In this document: piece by piece, positions 9,654-18,351 of the stretch
Layout of the letters: the number at the start of each line of letters is the position of its first letter
Position numbering within the stretch: the first letter of the stretch is position 1
Origin: a virus
Reading direction: 5' to 3' (one strand)
DNA length: 64,000 nt
IMG/VR virus record: IMGVR_UViG_3300018424_005577
Location: 1-64,000 of that record
Program-made: the position numbers and the translations under genes
The notes under the pieces: model-generated
Databases searched by the model: none
Told to the model about the DNA's origin: nothing
What the model saw: the letters and a program-made list of their open reading frames with translations, nothing else

Positions 9654-10718
9654 CTAATTAACTACGTAGTTTATTTCGTTATGATATGCTTTGTTTTTTG
9701 CACAAGTTTTTATGCATCTAGGCAAATGCATACCGTGATATGGATGCCAACTTGCTTTTAGTAATTTTTGATACCACGGATGCTTCATAACTTCTTGTAT
9801 AGAATGAACTTTCAAACTATTCCAGTTAGGATCGAAGTTAGAAAGTTTGTCTAATATACCTTCTTTATTTTTAAAAGCACTATCCCAGAGAAAACAACAA
9901 GGCCACATAGTTAAATCGCTGGCAATAAATATTTCTCCTTCGTGAATGTACTTACAAACAATACTATCAGTAATTTCTTTTATCTTAGATTCATCTACTT
10001 TAGTGTTTTGATATTCTTCAATAAACTTGTCTAATTCTTTTACTGTTTTTACTTTGCTGTGTTCTTTTTCGCCGGTTGTTGTAATAGTTTTCTTTTCTTC
10101 TACAATTTTTTTATTTTGTTTTCTTTTTAATGTAGCTACCCAATCGTCATAACTATTACGCATACCTGTTCTAGTAGCAAATTTAAAACCTAATTCTTTG
10201 GCATGCTGTTTTGCAATTTCTAATTCGTGTTCATTATGATCAAAAACAATGTATATCCAAGACGCATTTTCTTTTGGTGCAACAGACGAAAATGCTTGCA
10301 TGTTTCTTTCAATAACATCAAATTTAGTGTTAACTCTGTAAATATGATTAGTTTCTTTATGTCCGTCTACACAAAAATGTATATGCAATCTGCCAGGATA
10401 ATCATTTGCTATTGCACCTAAACTTTTCCACCATTGTGCAGTTTGATAGCCACCGTTTGTACTAAGTTCGCAATACGCTCCGTTGGTCACTAGATAATCC
10501 ACCATCTTGACGCATTCTACATTAAGAGCCGGATCACCTAAAACTCCGCAAAATTTAAATTCTTTGCCACGTATGTCTGCTTCAGTAGGAAACAATCTTA
10601 CAATATCATGAAAGTTAAAACTATTAATTTTTAACCTATCACTATTAAGTGTTCTAGCACATCCTGGACACGCCGCATTGCAGTTACTTGTAATTTCTAA
10701 TTCAATTTTGTTTATCAT
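9654..10718 (-). CDS. Radical SAM protein with C-terminal twitch/SPASM region
   Basis: ELEITSNCNAACPGC, GDP, STNGG; C-terminal C...PCC...CIKTC. Confidence 0.9.
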   Translation of the reverse strand: MINKIELEITSNCNAACPGCARTLNSDRLKINSFNFHDIVRLFPTEADIRGKEFKFCGVLGDPALNVECVKMVDYLVTNGAYCELSTNGGYQTAQWWKSLGAIANDYPGRLHIHFCVDGHKETNHIYRVNTKFDVIERNMQAFSSVAPKENASWIYIVFDHNEHELEIAKQHAKELGFKFATRTGMRNSYDDWVATLKRKQNKKIVEEKKTITTTGEKEHSKVKTVKELDKFIEEYQNTKVDESKIKEITDSIVCKYIHEGEIFIASDLTMWPCCFLWDSAFKNKEGILDKLSNFDPNWNSLKVHSIQEVMKHPWYQKLLKASWHPYHGMHLPRCIKTCAKNKAYHNEINYVVN

Positions 10719-11800
10719 TTAAATTGTTCCGCATATGGATCAAACTCAGTTCCGCACTTCATTGCACAGACACCTAACTTTCCATTTTGTATTCCTTGTA
10801 TAGACCAACTGTCTTGTATTCCTTTCAGTAAAGTTCCTTGCATTACTTGTTCAAGATCATTGTTTATAATATCTATACCTTCCTTTCCGCCTGCTGAGTC
10901 AATATGATCCCAAATCTGTTCTACCCTTGGATCAGGATGCCACCATTTATACATACGTCCGGCAGTCCAACAACAAGGCATTAACAAGCCTTCGGCTGTT
11001 ACAAATATACTACCTTGTTCAGCAACTTTACATTTTACAGAACAGGTATCATAGTACTTTTGCATACTGCCGTATGTGTTAGTTATTTCTTCTTCTTTAA
11101 GCAAAGCTAAATTAATATTTTTTGTATCTTTAGGTTTTGCTAAATTTTGTGTTTGTTCTCCCTTTCTGTTCACTGCTTGGTGCGTTTCTTTTCCAGAAAG
11201 TTGCGAAGTGCTGTAAAATCTGCCTGTCTTTTTTCTTACAAATTTTTCAAAACCCATACTGTTCGCTATTTCTTCTGCACGATCAACTTGATGTTCGTTA
11301 TGTTCAAAAACTATAAAATCCCAGCGAGCTCTACCGCCGGCGGCAATAAATGCCTTAGCACTTCGTTCTACATTATCCCAAACAACATTCTGCCTGTATA
11401 GGTGATTAGTATCCCTAAGGCCATCCACGCTAAAAATAACAGCACCCATTCTACCAAAAACTTGGGCAAGTTCAGTCCACCATGCTTCATCTTTTGCTCC
11501 TGCATTTGTATTCATACTCAACCACATTTTAGGGTTATGTTCTCTAAAATATTTGAAAACTTCTAGTGTATCTTTAGCAACAATAGGATCGCCTAAGTTG
11601 CCACACATATACATTGTGTTAAGTTGTTTAATAAAGTCTGGTTTAAAAATACGTTTACAATCTTCAAGACTTAACTCTGCATTTGTTATGTGAGGATTAT
11701 CTGTGCCGCCATTACAATTTCTATCACACATAGGGCAGGCCGCTTGACAACGTTGTGTAATTTCTAAATGTACTTCTTTAATGTTTTCGTATCTATACAT
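10715..11800 (-). CDS. Radical SAM protein with C-terminal twitch/SPASM region
   Basis: HLEITQRCQAACPMC, GNLGDP, NTNAG; C-terminal C...PCC...CAMKC; paralog of 9654..10718. Confidence 0.9.
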   Translation of the reverse strand: MYRYENIKEVHLEITQRCQAACPMCDRNCNGGTDNPHITNAELSLEDCKRIFKPDFIKQLNTMYMCGNLGDPIVAKDTLEVFKYFREHNPKMWLSMNTNAGAKDEAWWTELAQVFGRMGAVIFSVDGLRDTNHLYRQNVVWDNVERSAKAFIAAGGRARWDFIVFEHNEHQVDRAEEIANSMGFEKFVRKKTGRFYSTSQLSGKETHQAVNRKGEQTQNLAKPKDTKNINLALLKEEEITNTYGSMQKYYDTCSVKCKVAEQGSIFVTAEGLLMPCCWTAGRMYKWWHPDPRVEQIWDHIDSAGGKEGIDIINNDLEQVMQGTLLKGIQDSWSIQGIQNGKLGVCAMKCGTEFDPYAEQFK

Positions 11801-12017
11801 CGTGTACTAACTTTACATCTTTTCCTGGGCCAACTTTACTAGGCAAATCACCATATTGAGCAACATACCAGAGAATTACTGCTTTGTACCAGTTATGACT
11901 ATTATGATGTGCTTCTTTGTTAAATTGTGTAATATTATTACTTGTTGCTTGCATGGTGCTTAATGCCCTTGCACTTTCTAATTGAAGTTCTCTGACTGTA
12001 AATTTATCTAATTCCAA
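11793..12017 (-). CDS. Small hypothetical protein (74 aa)
   Basis: Overlaps both neighbouring genes, consistent with translational coupling; no recognisable motif. Confidence 0.7.
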   Translation of the reverse strand: MELDKFTVRELQLESARALSTMQATSNNITQFNKEAHHNSHNWYKAVILWYVAQYGDLPSKVGPGKDVKLVHDV

Positions 12018-13047
12018 TTTTCATAAACCTCTTATATTTTTCTAAGTCTAACACACCTTCAAACAAAACTTGCTTCATCGGTGTTTCATCCGAAAACTCT
12101 TTAAGACTAGATTTACAATTAATATGTTCTTCGATATCAAAGTAATTATTTGTCTGCAATACAACTAAGGTGCCACTTTGTAATTTTTCATACCAATCAC
12201 TAAAATTAGGTATATGTTCACAACTTGTGTTAATAACTGTAGTAGGACTATCAGACATATTAGATAGTTGTCCTTCTTTGTTTATTGTTTGATAGTTATA
12301 ATTTTTATAATCTATATCAAATATATTTTTTGTTGTTGCTTTAAATTTCCAATCTTGTACTAACCAACTTTTATTAAAGACTTCTGCTATGTCGGCACAA
12401 CTAGGATCTATGTCAAAACTTCTAATTTTTGATATATGTAAATTACTTTCAAACAACATAGTTGCTAGTGTACCGTACCAACCAGCACATAAAAATACTG
12501 TGCCTAGTGATCTATTAATTTTTTGAAGTTCGTCTACTAACCATATTTTACTTTTAAGTTGTCCTCTACTAAAACAATCATTATCTATCTCTATACTATC
12601 TGCTAAAATTCTTTTAAAGGCTTGAGTAAAGTCAGTTTGAACAAATCTGTCAAATATATCAAACAGTTTCCAAATGTTATCTTCAAGTACAAGTTTACGA
12701 ACATCTTCGTCGTATATAAATCTAAATATGCTGTAAAGATTTTCGCCTATTACAGCCTTTCTTAATTCTACATTATCAACAAGTCTAAAAATACTGTGTA
12801 AATTATTTTCTAATATTGCTTTACGTAAATCATCAGCTTCGCCTTTTACTGTAACATCTCCAATAACACGAAACAAACTGTGTAGATTTTTTTCTACAAC
12901 TGCTTTACGTAGTTCTTCATTTGCATTAGTGACACGAAATATACTATTAAGGTCTTTATCTATATAGGCACGCCTTAGATTTGATATATTTGTGTCGTTT
13001 GGATACAGCAACTCATATCTATCTAGCAGTTCATGAATTTCTAGCAT
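12004..13047 (-). CDS. Class I SAM-dependent methyltransferase-like protein with N-terminal helical repeats
   Basis: LCAGWYG (motif I-like), SFDIDP, VINTSCEH; N-terminus has five LRKAxxExNLxSxFR-like repeats. Confidence 0.7.
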   Translation of the reverse strand: MLEIHELLDRYELLYPNDTNISNLRRAYIDKDLNSIFRVTNANEELRKAVVEKNLHSLFRVIGDVTVKGEADDLRKAILENNLHSIFRLVDNVELRKAVIGENLYSIFRFIYDEDVRKLVLEDNIWKLFDIFDRFVQTDFTQAFKRILADSIEIDNDCFSRGQLKSKIWLVDELQKINRSLGTVFLCAGWYGTLATMLFESNLHISKIRSFDIDPSCADIAEVFNKSWLVQDWKFKATTKNIFDIDYKNYNYQTINKEGQLSNMSDSPTTVINTSCEHIPNFSDWYEKLQSGTLVVLQTNNYFDIEEHINCKSSLKEFSDETPMKQVLFEGVLDLEKYKRFMKIGIR

Positions 13048-14638
13048 TAAATTGTTCCTTCAACCAATCAAAGTTGTTAATTTTTTTGAGAGCTTCAATA
13101 TCACCTCTGTTACTTTCACCGTATTTTCTGCCGGCTCTTGCACCGTCAGTTACATAATTACCAAATGGCTCGTCCTTGCCTTTATCACTACACCATATAT
13201 TTAGACGTAATTCCGTTTCGACATCCTTTTGTCTATCTATAACTTTGCTTGATAATTTGCAACATTCTCTAAAGCCACTTTTCCAAGCACTAAACGGGTC
13301 TGTATTAAACTCGGTACTATTAGAAACTTCTTTTACCGCTTTAAAATGTCTACTTATACTTGTAGTCATATCCGGTTTAGATGTATCCATTTCTATTGTT
13401 GCTATCCTTGGAAATAATTTTACTCCGCCGTAGCCATATTCTAAACCTTTTACTTTGTTTTCACATCGCCAAACATGAACGTGATCTTTTTCCTTAGCTG
13501 GCACCACATAATCAAAATTAAAATCATCATTTATAACTGCGTCTCCATCTACAATCCATATCATATCTGTACTACACTGTTTTGCCGCTTCAATATGTGC
13601 TTGATGGATTCCTTTTATCCCATGAACACGTTTTGCACGAGGAAATCTTTTAATTAAATTTTCATAGTTTTTGTCTGCGTTAACTTCATTGTAACTGATA
13701 AACACAATATCGTATTCTTCATTAGAAATACTTGAACTATTAGATATATTTTTGTAGCTAGATCGCTCTTGATTAATGTAAACAGTTTTAAAGAACTTGC
13801 TTTGATCTTCATCTAATGGTTCAACAGCTATAGGCAAATCTAATTCTTCTTTTAATTGAAATCCAAGATCTTCTATTGGACTATCTACGAATGAAAAGTC
13901 CTTATTATTCCAATATTCATTCAGCCATTTAAAATCACGCACATTTACAAAGTTCCAATCTGTACACATAGTTTTGTACAAACCTTCTCTTGCACCATAT
14001 ATTGCCCATTTACCGTTTTCTACGTCTGCACCTACCATTAACCATACATAAAGTCTGTGCAAGTTTTTCCAATGTAAACCTTTTAGTCTTTCTTTAGAAA
14101 CTTTTTGTCCTTCATTTAGTGCCATTTTAACACCTTCGCGGAATCCTGCTCTCCAGGCTTGTTGAGGTGTAGCATTATTCATAATAGTACTATATGTTCC
14201 AGGCAAATGATAATAATTTATATCCCAACAAAAGTCTACCTGTGCTTGTAGGTTATCAGGGGCGGCGTTTTCATGTGTTTTCATGTTTAGTATTATACTT
14301 TTAGGCCAACACTTTATTCCGCCGTTGCCATAAACTAATCCGTTGATGTTATTTTTTGCAGTAAAACTTATAACGGTTTTGTAAGGATTAAAATCATTGC
14401 CTAATACAAATTCTTGATTAATAAAATCTTGATTTACTATATTGTCGCCGTCTACAATAATTAATCTATCAGTTTCACTAATATTTGCACATGCTTTATG
14501 CGCCGCATCACTACCTTCAACACCATGAACACGTTTTGCCCAAGGAATTTTTTTGCATAAATCTGCATAATTCTTTTCTGCGTTTGGCTCGTCATACGAC
14601 AAGTATATTACATCACAGTCTGGTACTCTAAGTTTCAT
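13031..14638 (-). CDS. Glycosyltransferase with two tandem GT-A-like domains
   Basis: Both halves carry DxxxxSYxExNAxKNY, AKRVHG, AH, VDGD (DxD), GGxK and AWxxGFRE. Confidence 0.75.
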   Translation of the reverse strand: MKLRVPDCDVIYLSYDEPNAEKNYADLCKKIPWAKRVHGVEGSDAAHKACANISETDRLIIVDGDNIVNQDFINQEFVLGNDFNPYKTVISFTAKNNINGLVYGNGGIKCWPKSIILNMKTHENAAPDNLQAQVDFCWDINYYHLPGTYSTIMNNATPQQAWRAGFREGVKMALNEGQKVSKERLKGLHWKNLHRLYVWLMVGADVENGKWAIYGAREGLYKTMCTDWNFVNVRDFKWLNEYWNNKDFSFVDSPIEDLGFQLKEELDLPIAVEPLDEDQSKFFKTVYINQERSSYKNISNSSSISNEEYDIVFISYNEVNADKNYENLIKRFPRAKRVHGIKGIHQAHIEAAKQCSTDMIWIVDGDAVINDDFNFDYVVPAKEKDHVHVWRCENKVKGLEYGYGGVKLFPRIATIEMDTSKPDMTTSISRHFKAVKEVSNSTEFNTDPFSAWKSGFRECCKLSSKVIDRQKDVETELRLNIWCSDKGKDEPFGNYVTDGARAGRKYGESNRGDIEALKKINNFDWLKEQFNARNS

Positions 14639-15197
14639 TTTTTACTCTAAATCCGTAGTCTTTAAAACGCTTAGGCGTATAGATACTTAACTTTGTAAGA
14701 TTGCACTCGTCGTCAGTTGTGAACGGAATCTCAATTACACCAGTTTCACATAGTTCTTCTATGTCTACACGTAGTAATCTATACAATATGTTTAGATCAC
14801 CATGTTTAGTAACACTAAAATTTAATGTTTCACCTACAAACATGCCTTTCATGTTAGTACACAATTCATCTGAAAGAATAATTCGCCAAACTTTAGTTGT
14901 ATTATCCTTTTCTATAGTGCAATCTTTGTTACTATACGAATAAGGAATGCTATGATGGAAATCATTAATATCAAATGTAGTTTTATTAATAGAATCTGTT
15001 TCTTTTAACTCAAATTTTTTCGTTTCAGGATTATAAATTACCCTAAAATTGTTTTTTGATACTTTACCTTCAAGGATAGGTCCGGCTATTTCATATGGAA
15101 CTTGTATTTGCGAAGGAGCATCAATAGGAGGTGCGCCGATTTGCTTGATTTTACCAGTTTTTTTATCGAACCCTAGTGCAATATTACCCTTGTACAT
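14628..15197 (-). CDS. Hypothetical protein
   Basis: 189-aa ORF overlapping both neighbours within the operon. Confidence 0.7.
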   Translation of the reverse strand: MYKGNIALGFDKKTGKIKQIGAPPIDAPSQIQVPYEIAGPILEGKVSKNNFRVIYNPETKKFELKETDSINKTTFDINDFHHSIPYSYSNKDCTIEKDNTTKVWRIILSDELCTNMKGMFVGETLNFSVTKHGDLNILYRLLRVDIEELCETGVIEIPFTTDDECNLTKLSIYTPKRFKDYGFRVKNET

Positions 15198-15993
15198 CTT
15201 CGAACTTCCTAATTATATCCTCATTAACAAAACTATTATCTGTATAATGAAAAACAGTGTGTTGAGCATGATTTCCTATTTTTAAATTTGCATCATCATC
15301 TACAAAAACGCTTACTCTTGTTGACCAATTATCACTATACTTTTCCCAATTTTGTATTGCAGGTTTCATATGTACTAAATTAGGCATAATGTTATTTTTT
15401 TGTCTAATATCTAATACAATATGGGTAATTGCTGTAATGATATCCATGCTAGGTTCTTTAGGCATGTTCTTAGGGCAGAATATCCTGTAGTATTCTTGCC
15501 AATTATCAGCTATATGTTTTTGCGTAGTATAAAACTGTTTTGAATATTTGCTTTTTTTAAAGTAGAAAAATGCGTTATAAACGTTAGGTAAATTATTACT
15601 AATAAATGCTTTCCTGTAAAACGTATCTTTTATTTTCTCGCCCCTATATGTAAAGACAGTATCACAATAATAAACATCAGTATTCATTGCTTGCCAGAAA
15701 TAATCTAAATTATGCAATACTAATACATCACTATCCATTGAAATTGTTTCTTCGTAAGGAGACAGTTCATAGATAAACTGTCTAGCATAGGTTTTAAATC
15801 TACTATTATCGCCATTGTATGTAGGTACAGGAATTATTTTATCAAAAATATACTTGTAATTTGCTACATCAGTATTAGTAATTAGGCTTACTGGAATATG
15901 TTGATTAAATTTTTTTATACTTAATGCACACAGATATGCTTGTTGTATATATTGCTCACCTTCGGCATACAATACAAATCCTTTATTACTCAT
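15184..15993 (-). CDS. GT-A fold glycosyltransferase (GT8/nucleotide-diphospho-sugar transferase-like)
   Basis: YIQQAYLCALSIK, PVSLIT, SPYEETISMDSD (DxD), HY near the C-terminus. Confidence 0.75.
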   Translation of the reverse strand: MSNKGFVLYAEGEQYIQQAYLCALSIKKFNQHIPVSLITNTDVANYKYIFDKIIPVPTYNGDNSRFKTYARQFIYELSPYEETISMDSDVLVLHNLDYFWQAMNTDVYYCDTVFTYRGEKIKDTFYRKAFISNNLPNVYNAFFYFKKSKYSKQFYTTQKHIADNWQEYYRIFCPKNMPKEPSMDIITAITHIVLDIRQKNNIMPNLVHMKPAIQNWEKYSDNWSTRVSVFVDDDANLKIGNHAQHTVFHYTDNSFVNEDIIRKFEDVQG

Positions 15994-16816
15994 CTATACA
16001 CCTCTGTAGACTAAATTTATTCATTACATGCACATTAGCGTTTTTTATCGATAATGGAGTATATTGATTTTTATAGGTTGGCTTTTCTAATAAAAACTTT
16101 AAGTTATTTTCTTGCACTTTATACAAAATGCTTTTGTCTGTGATATAATATAAAGTTCCGGGCATTTCTTTTGCAAAATCGCCTGCTTGAAATCCATTCA
16201 TAATATGAATAGCAATACTAAATGCATAGTCATTACGGAATTTTAATGATTCGATAAAATATGTAATTCTATAATGTTGATAATTTTCTTGTATATGTTT
16301 TAATAAATCAAAGAAAATTTTGTTAGAATAAACTTTTCTAAAAAACACACATGTAGCCCAGTAAAAATCTATACTTATATCTGATATTCTTTCGAACTCG
16401 ATACCTGTTGTCATGTCTACTAGATTATGACATTGTTTGTATATTAAAAAATTATTGGATTGATTAAAACATTGTAAAAAATTATTGTTGCAAATTACAA
16501 CGTCAGTGTCTAACATTAAAGTTTCGTCGTAAGGAGTAAGCTCATATGCAAGGCTACGAGAATTATTCTTCCATAAAGACTTTACTGAATTACCTGAACC
16601 GTCATAGTGTGTTTTAAAATTGTTATCTACAGTATTTTCTAAGATAATAACTTTATCAAATGCAGATAAATCTGCATCTTCACAACTTTCTTTGTCTGTT
16701 ACCAAAGATACTGGTAAATCTAAATGCTGTTTTGCACGTTTAGCAAGGTCTTTTGCTTGTGAAATATAATTTAATGTATTGCTATTTCTGGCAAACACTA
16801 AGATGCCTTTACTCAT
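15986..16816 (-). CDS. GT-A fold glycosyltransferase, paralog of 15184..15993
   Basis: PVSLVTD, TPYDETLMLDTD (DxD), FRNDYAFS, HVMNK. Confidence 0.75.
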   Translation of the reverse strand: MSKGILVFARNSNTLNYISQAKDLAKRAKQHLDLPVSLVTDKESCEDADLSAFDKVIILENTVDNNFKTHYDGSGNSVKSLWKNNSRSLAYELTPYDETLMLDTDVVICNNNFLQCFNQSNNFLIYKQCHNLVDMTTGIEFERISDISIDFYWATCVFFRKVYSNKIFFDLLKHIQENYQHYRITYFIESLKFRNDYAFSIAIHIMNGFQAGDFAKEMPGTLYYITDKSILYKVQENNLKFLLEKPTYKNQYTPLSIKNANVHVMNKFSLQRCIDE

Positions 16817-17156
16817 CGTCTACTAGTTTCTCTACACTTCTGCTATTTTTTATGTTTTGATATTCTTGATAATATATACGTAGATTCTCGTCATATTTTT
16901 TTGCAATTTCTGCAAGAAAACCTGTAACATCTTCGACTAGAATTGGAATACTGTTATCATCTAGTAAGATTGCATTATTAGTTACATTAGATAATGCAGA
17001 CAAATGACTCATTAATGACGTTTCAATTGTAAATTGCCCGCCCCCATAATAGTATTTTGTGTTTTCTTTAAATTGTTCTAACAATATACGCCTTTGATTA
17101 TTAAGCGTTACCATATAATTTGAAAAATCTAAAGCATTTTTTAACTTTTCATCCAT
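16809..17156 (-). CDS. Hypothetical protein, first gene of the modification operon
   Basis: 115-aa ORF with an AGGAG Shine-Dalgarno, directly downstream of a consensus promoter. Confidence 0.8.
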   Translation of the reverse strand: MDEKLKNALDFSNYMVTLNNQRRILLEQFKENTKYYYGGGQFTIETSLMSHLSALSNVTNNAILLDDNSIPILVEDVTGFLAEIAKKYDENLRIYYQEYQNIKNSRSVEKLVDDE

Positions 17157-17178
17157 AAGATACTCCTGTATTGTGTAT

Positions 17179-17207
17179 ATTATACACGAATATCAGTACT
17201 ATGTCAA
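17179..17207 (-). promoter_or_regulatory. Perfect sigma70 consensus promoter TTGACA-17-TATAAT
   Basis: TTGACA at 17207-17202, TATAAT at 17184-17179. Confidence 0.85.
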
Positions 17208-17211
17208 GTAA

Positions 17212-18315
17212 TTATTCGAAAGTATTTGGATTTGCGAATGTAGGATACGGCAAAGTAAAGCGTCTTGTAGTGCCGTCTGTTTCAAAATCTAATGATCTAG
17301 GACGTCTTGCACCATAATCAAACAAAATATTTGCTGTCACTGGCTCAGTTACACCAGGTTCGATACTTCCTTTTGCACCAGCATCAAGGTTACTTTCTGG
17401 ACCGTCATCTACTAGTGTTAGTTTAAATCTTAAACGTCTTGTAAGTGATGATTCTATTCTAGCTTCTATTGTCCAATAACTATCACCATAGGTGCTTGCA
17501 CTTGCATCTCTTCTAAAAATAGTCTGGAAAGTTGTTGTTAATTGCCTTTGGCCTATTGCGCCATCTGGATAAGTAACTCCAGTGCTTTGGCCATCAATTG
17601 TTGTATAGTTATAACCAAATGCTATTGTACCGGGATTTTCAACCATTGACTGCCAACCTTGATTTCTTAGTACAGCCTTATTATTTGTTGCTGTAGTATC
17701 GCTTACGTTTTCAACTGTTCCTTCAATTAATATCTGTCCACCGGCATTAAAAAAATGACGTAGTGCATCATCACTAGAAAAAGTCACAGTAAATTCTGAA
17801 TCAATAGTACCATTAAAACTAGTTGTTCTTGCATCACCTCCGGGAACAATAGCACCATCTGACACTGTTTCTGCAACTGCGACTGTATCCTTGCCTGCTT
17901 CTAAGGCAGTCATAATTGTTAAGTAATCATTAAAACCCTGAGTATTATCTATGTTACTTAATGAGTAATCAATATTTCCGTCATTGTCTGCATCTTCATC
18001 ACTAAATGCTGGCAGATCGGATGTAGAAACATCGGCTCCTATCAAATCTCCGGTAGCTAATTGTGTTAGTCCTAAATTTGAGCCGTTTTGATGCTTGTAA
18101 GCACGGTCCATGTCGTCCCATAGCTCTTGCATTCTTTCGTGATCAACAATATCTCCGTCGCTACTAGGACCAGGTCCTGCGACTTGTCCGCTAGTGACTG
18201 TTTGTCCATAACCAGTGTTTTCGATTGCACTACCTGTACCTAAAATTTGTTCAATACGGTTTTGTAGTGTATTGTAATCTGACGCTGTTATGATTGCCTG
18301 CGGTAATACTGCCAT
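17212..18315 (-). CDS. Putative virion structural (tail/baseplate-associated) protein
   Basis: Thr/Gly/Asp-rich, has a DADNDG motif, is preceded by TATAAATA, and is the last gene of the fibre cluster. Confidence 0.55.
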   Translation of the reverse strand: MAVLPQAIITASDYNTLQNRIEQILGTGSAIENTGYGQTVTSGQVAGPGPSSDGDIVDHERMQELWDDMDRAYKHQNGSNLGLTQLATGDLIGADVSTSDLPAFSDEDADNDGNIDYSLSNIDNTQGFNDYLTIMTALEAGKDTVAVAETVSDGAIVPGGDARTTSFNGTIDSEFTVTFSSDDALRHFFNAGGQILIEGTVENVSDTTATNNKAVLRNQGWQSMVENPGTIAFGYNYTTIDGQSTGVTYPDGAIGQRQLTTTFQTIFRRDASASTYGDSYWTIEARIESSLTRRLRFKLTLVDDGPESNLDAGAKGSIEPGVTEPVTANILFDYGARRPRSLDFETDGTTRRFTLPYPTFANPNTFE

Positions 18316-18343
18316 ATCTTATGTTCCTTATTAAGTACGTAGT

Positions 18344-18351
18344 TATTTATA
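18344..18351 (-). promoter_or_regulatory. T4-type late promoter TATAAATA
   Basis: Exact T4 gp55 consensus, overlapping the upstream stop codon, about 30 nt before ATG 18315. Confidence 0.75.

Noticed and set aside
1-17156. Calling the cluster a 7-deazaguanine DNA modification pathway
   Set aside because: Only a QueC-like gene is visible; no recognisable FolE, QueD or DpdA in the window.
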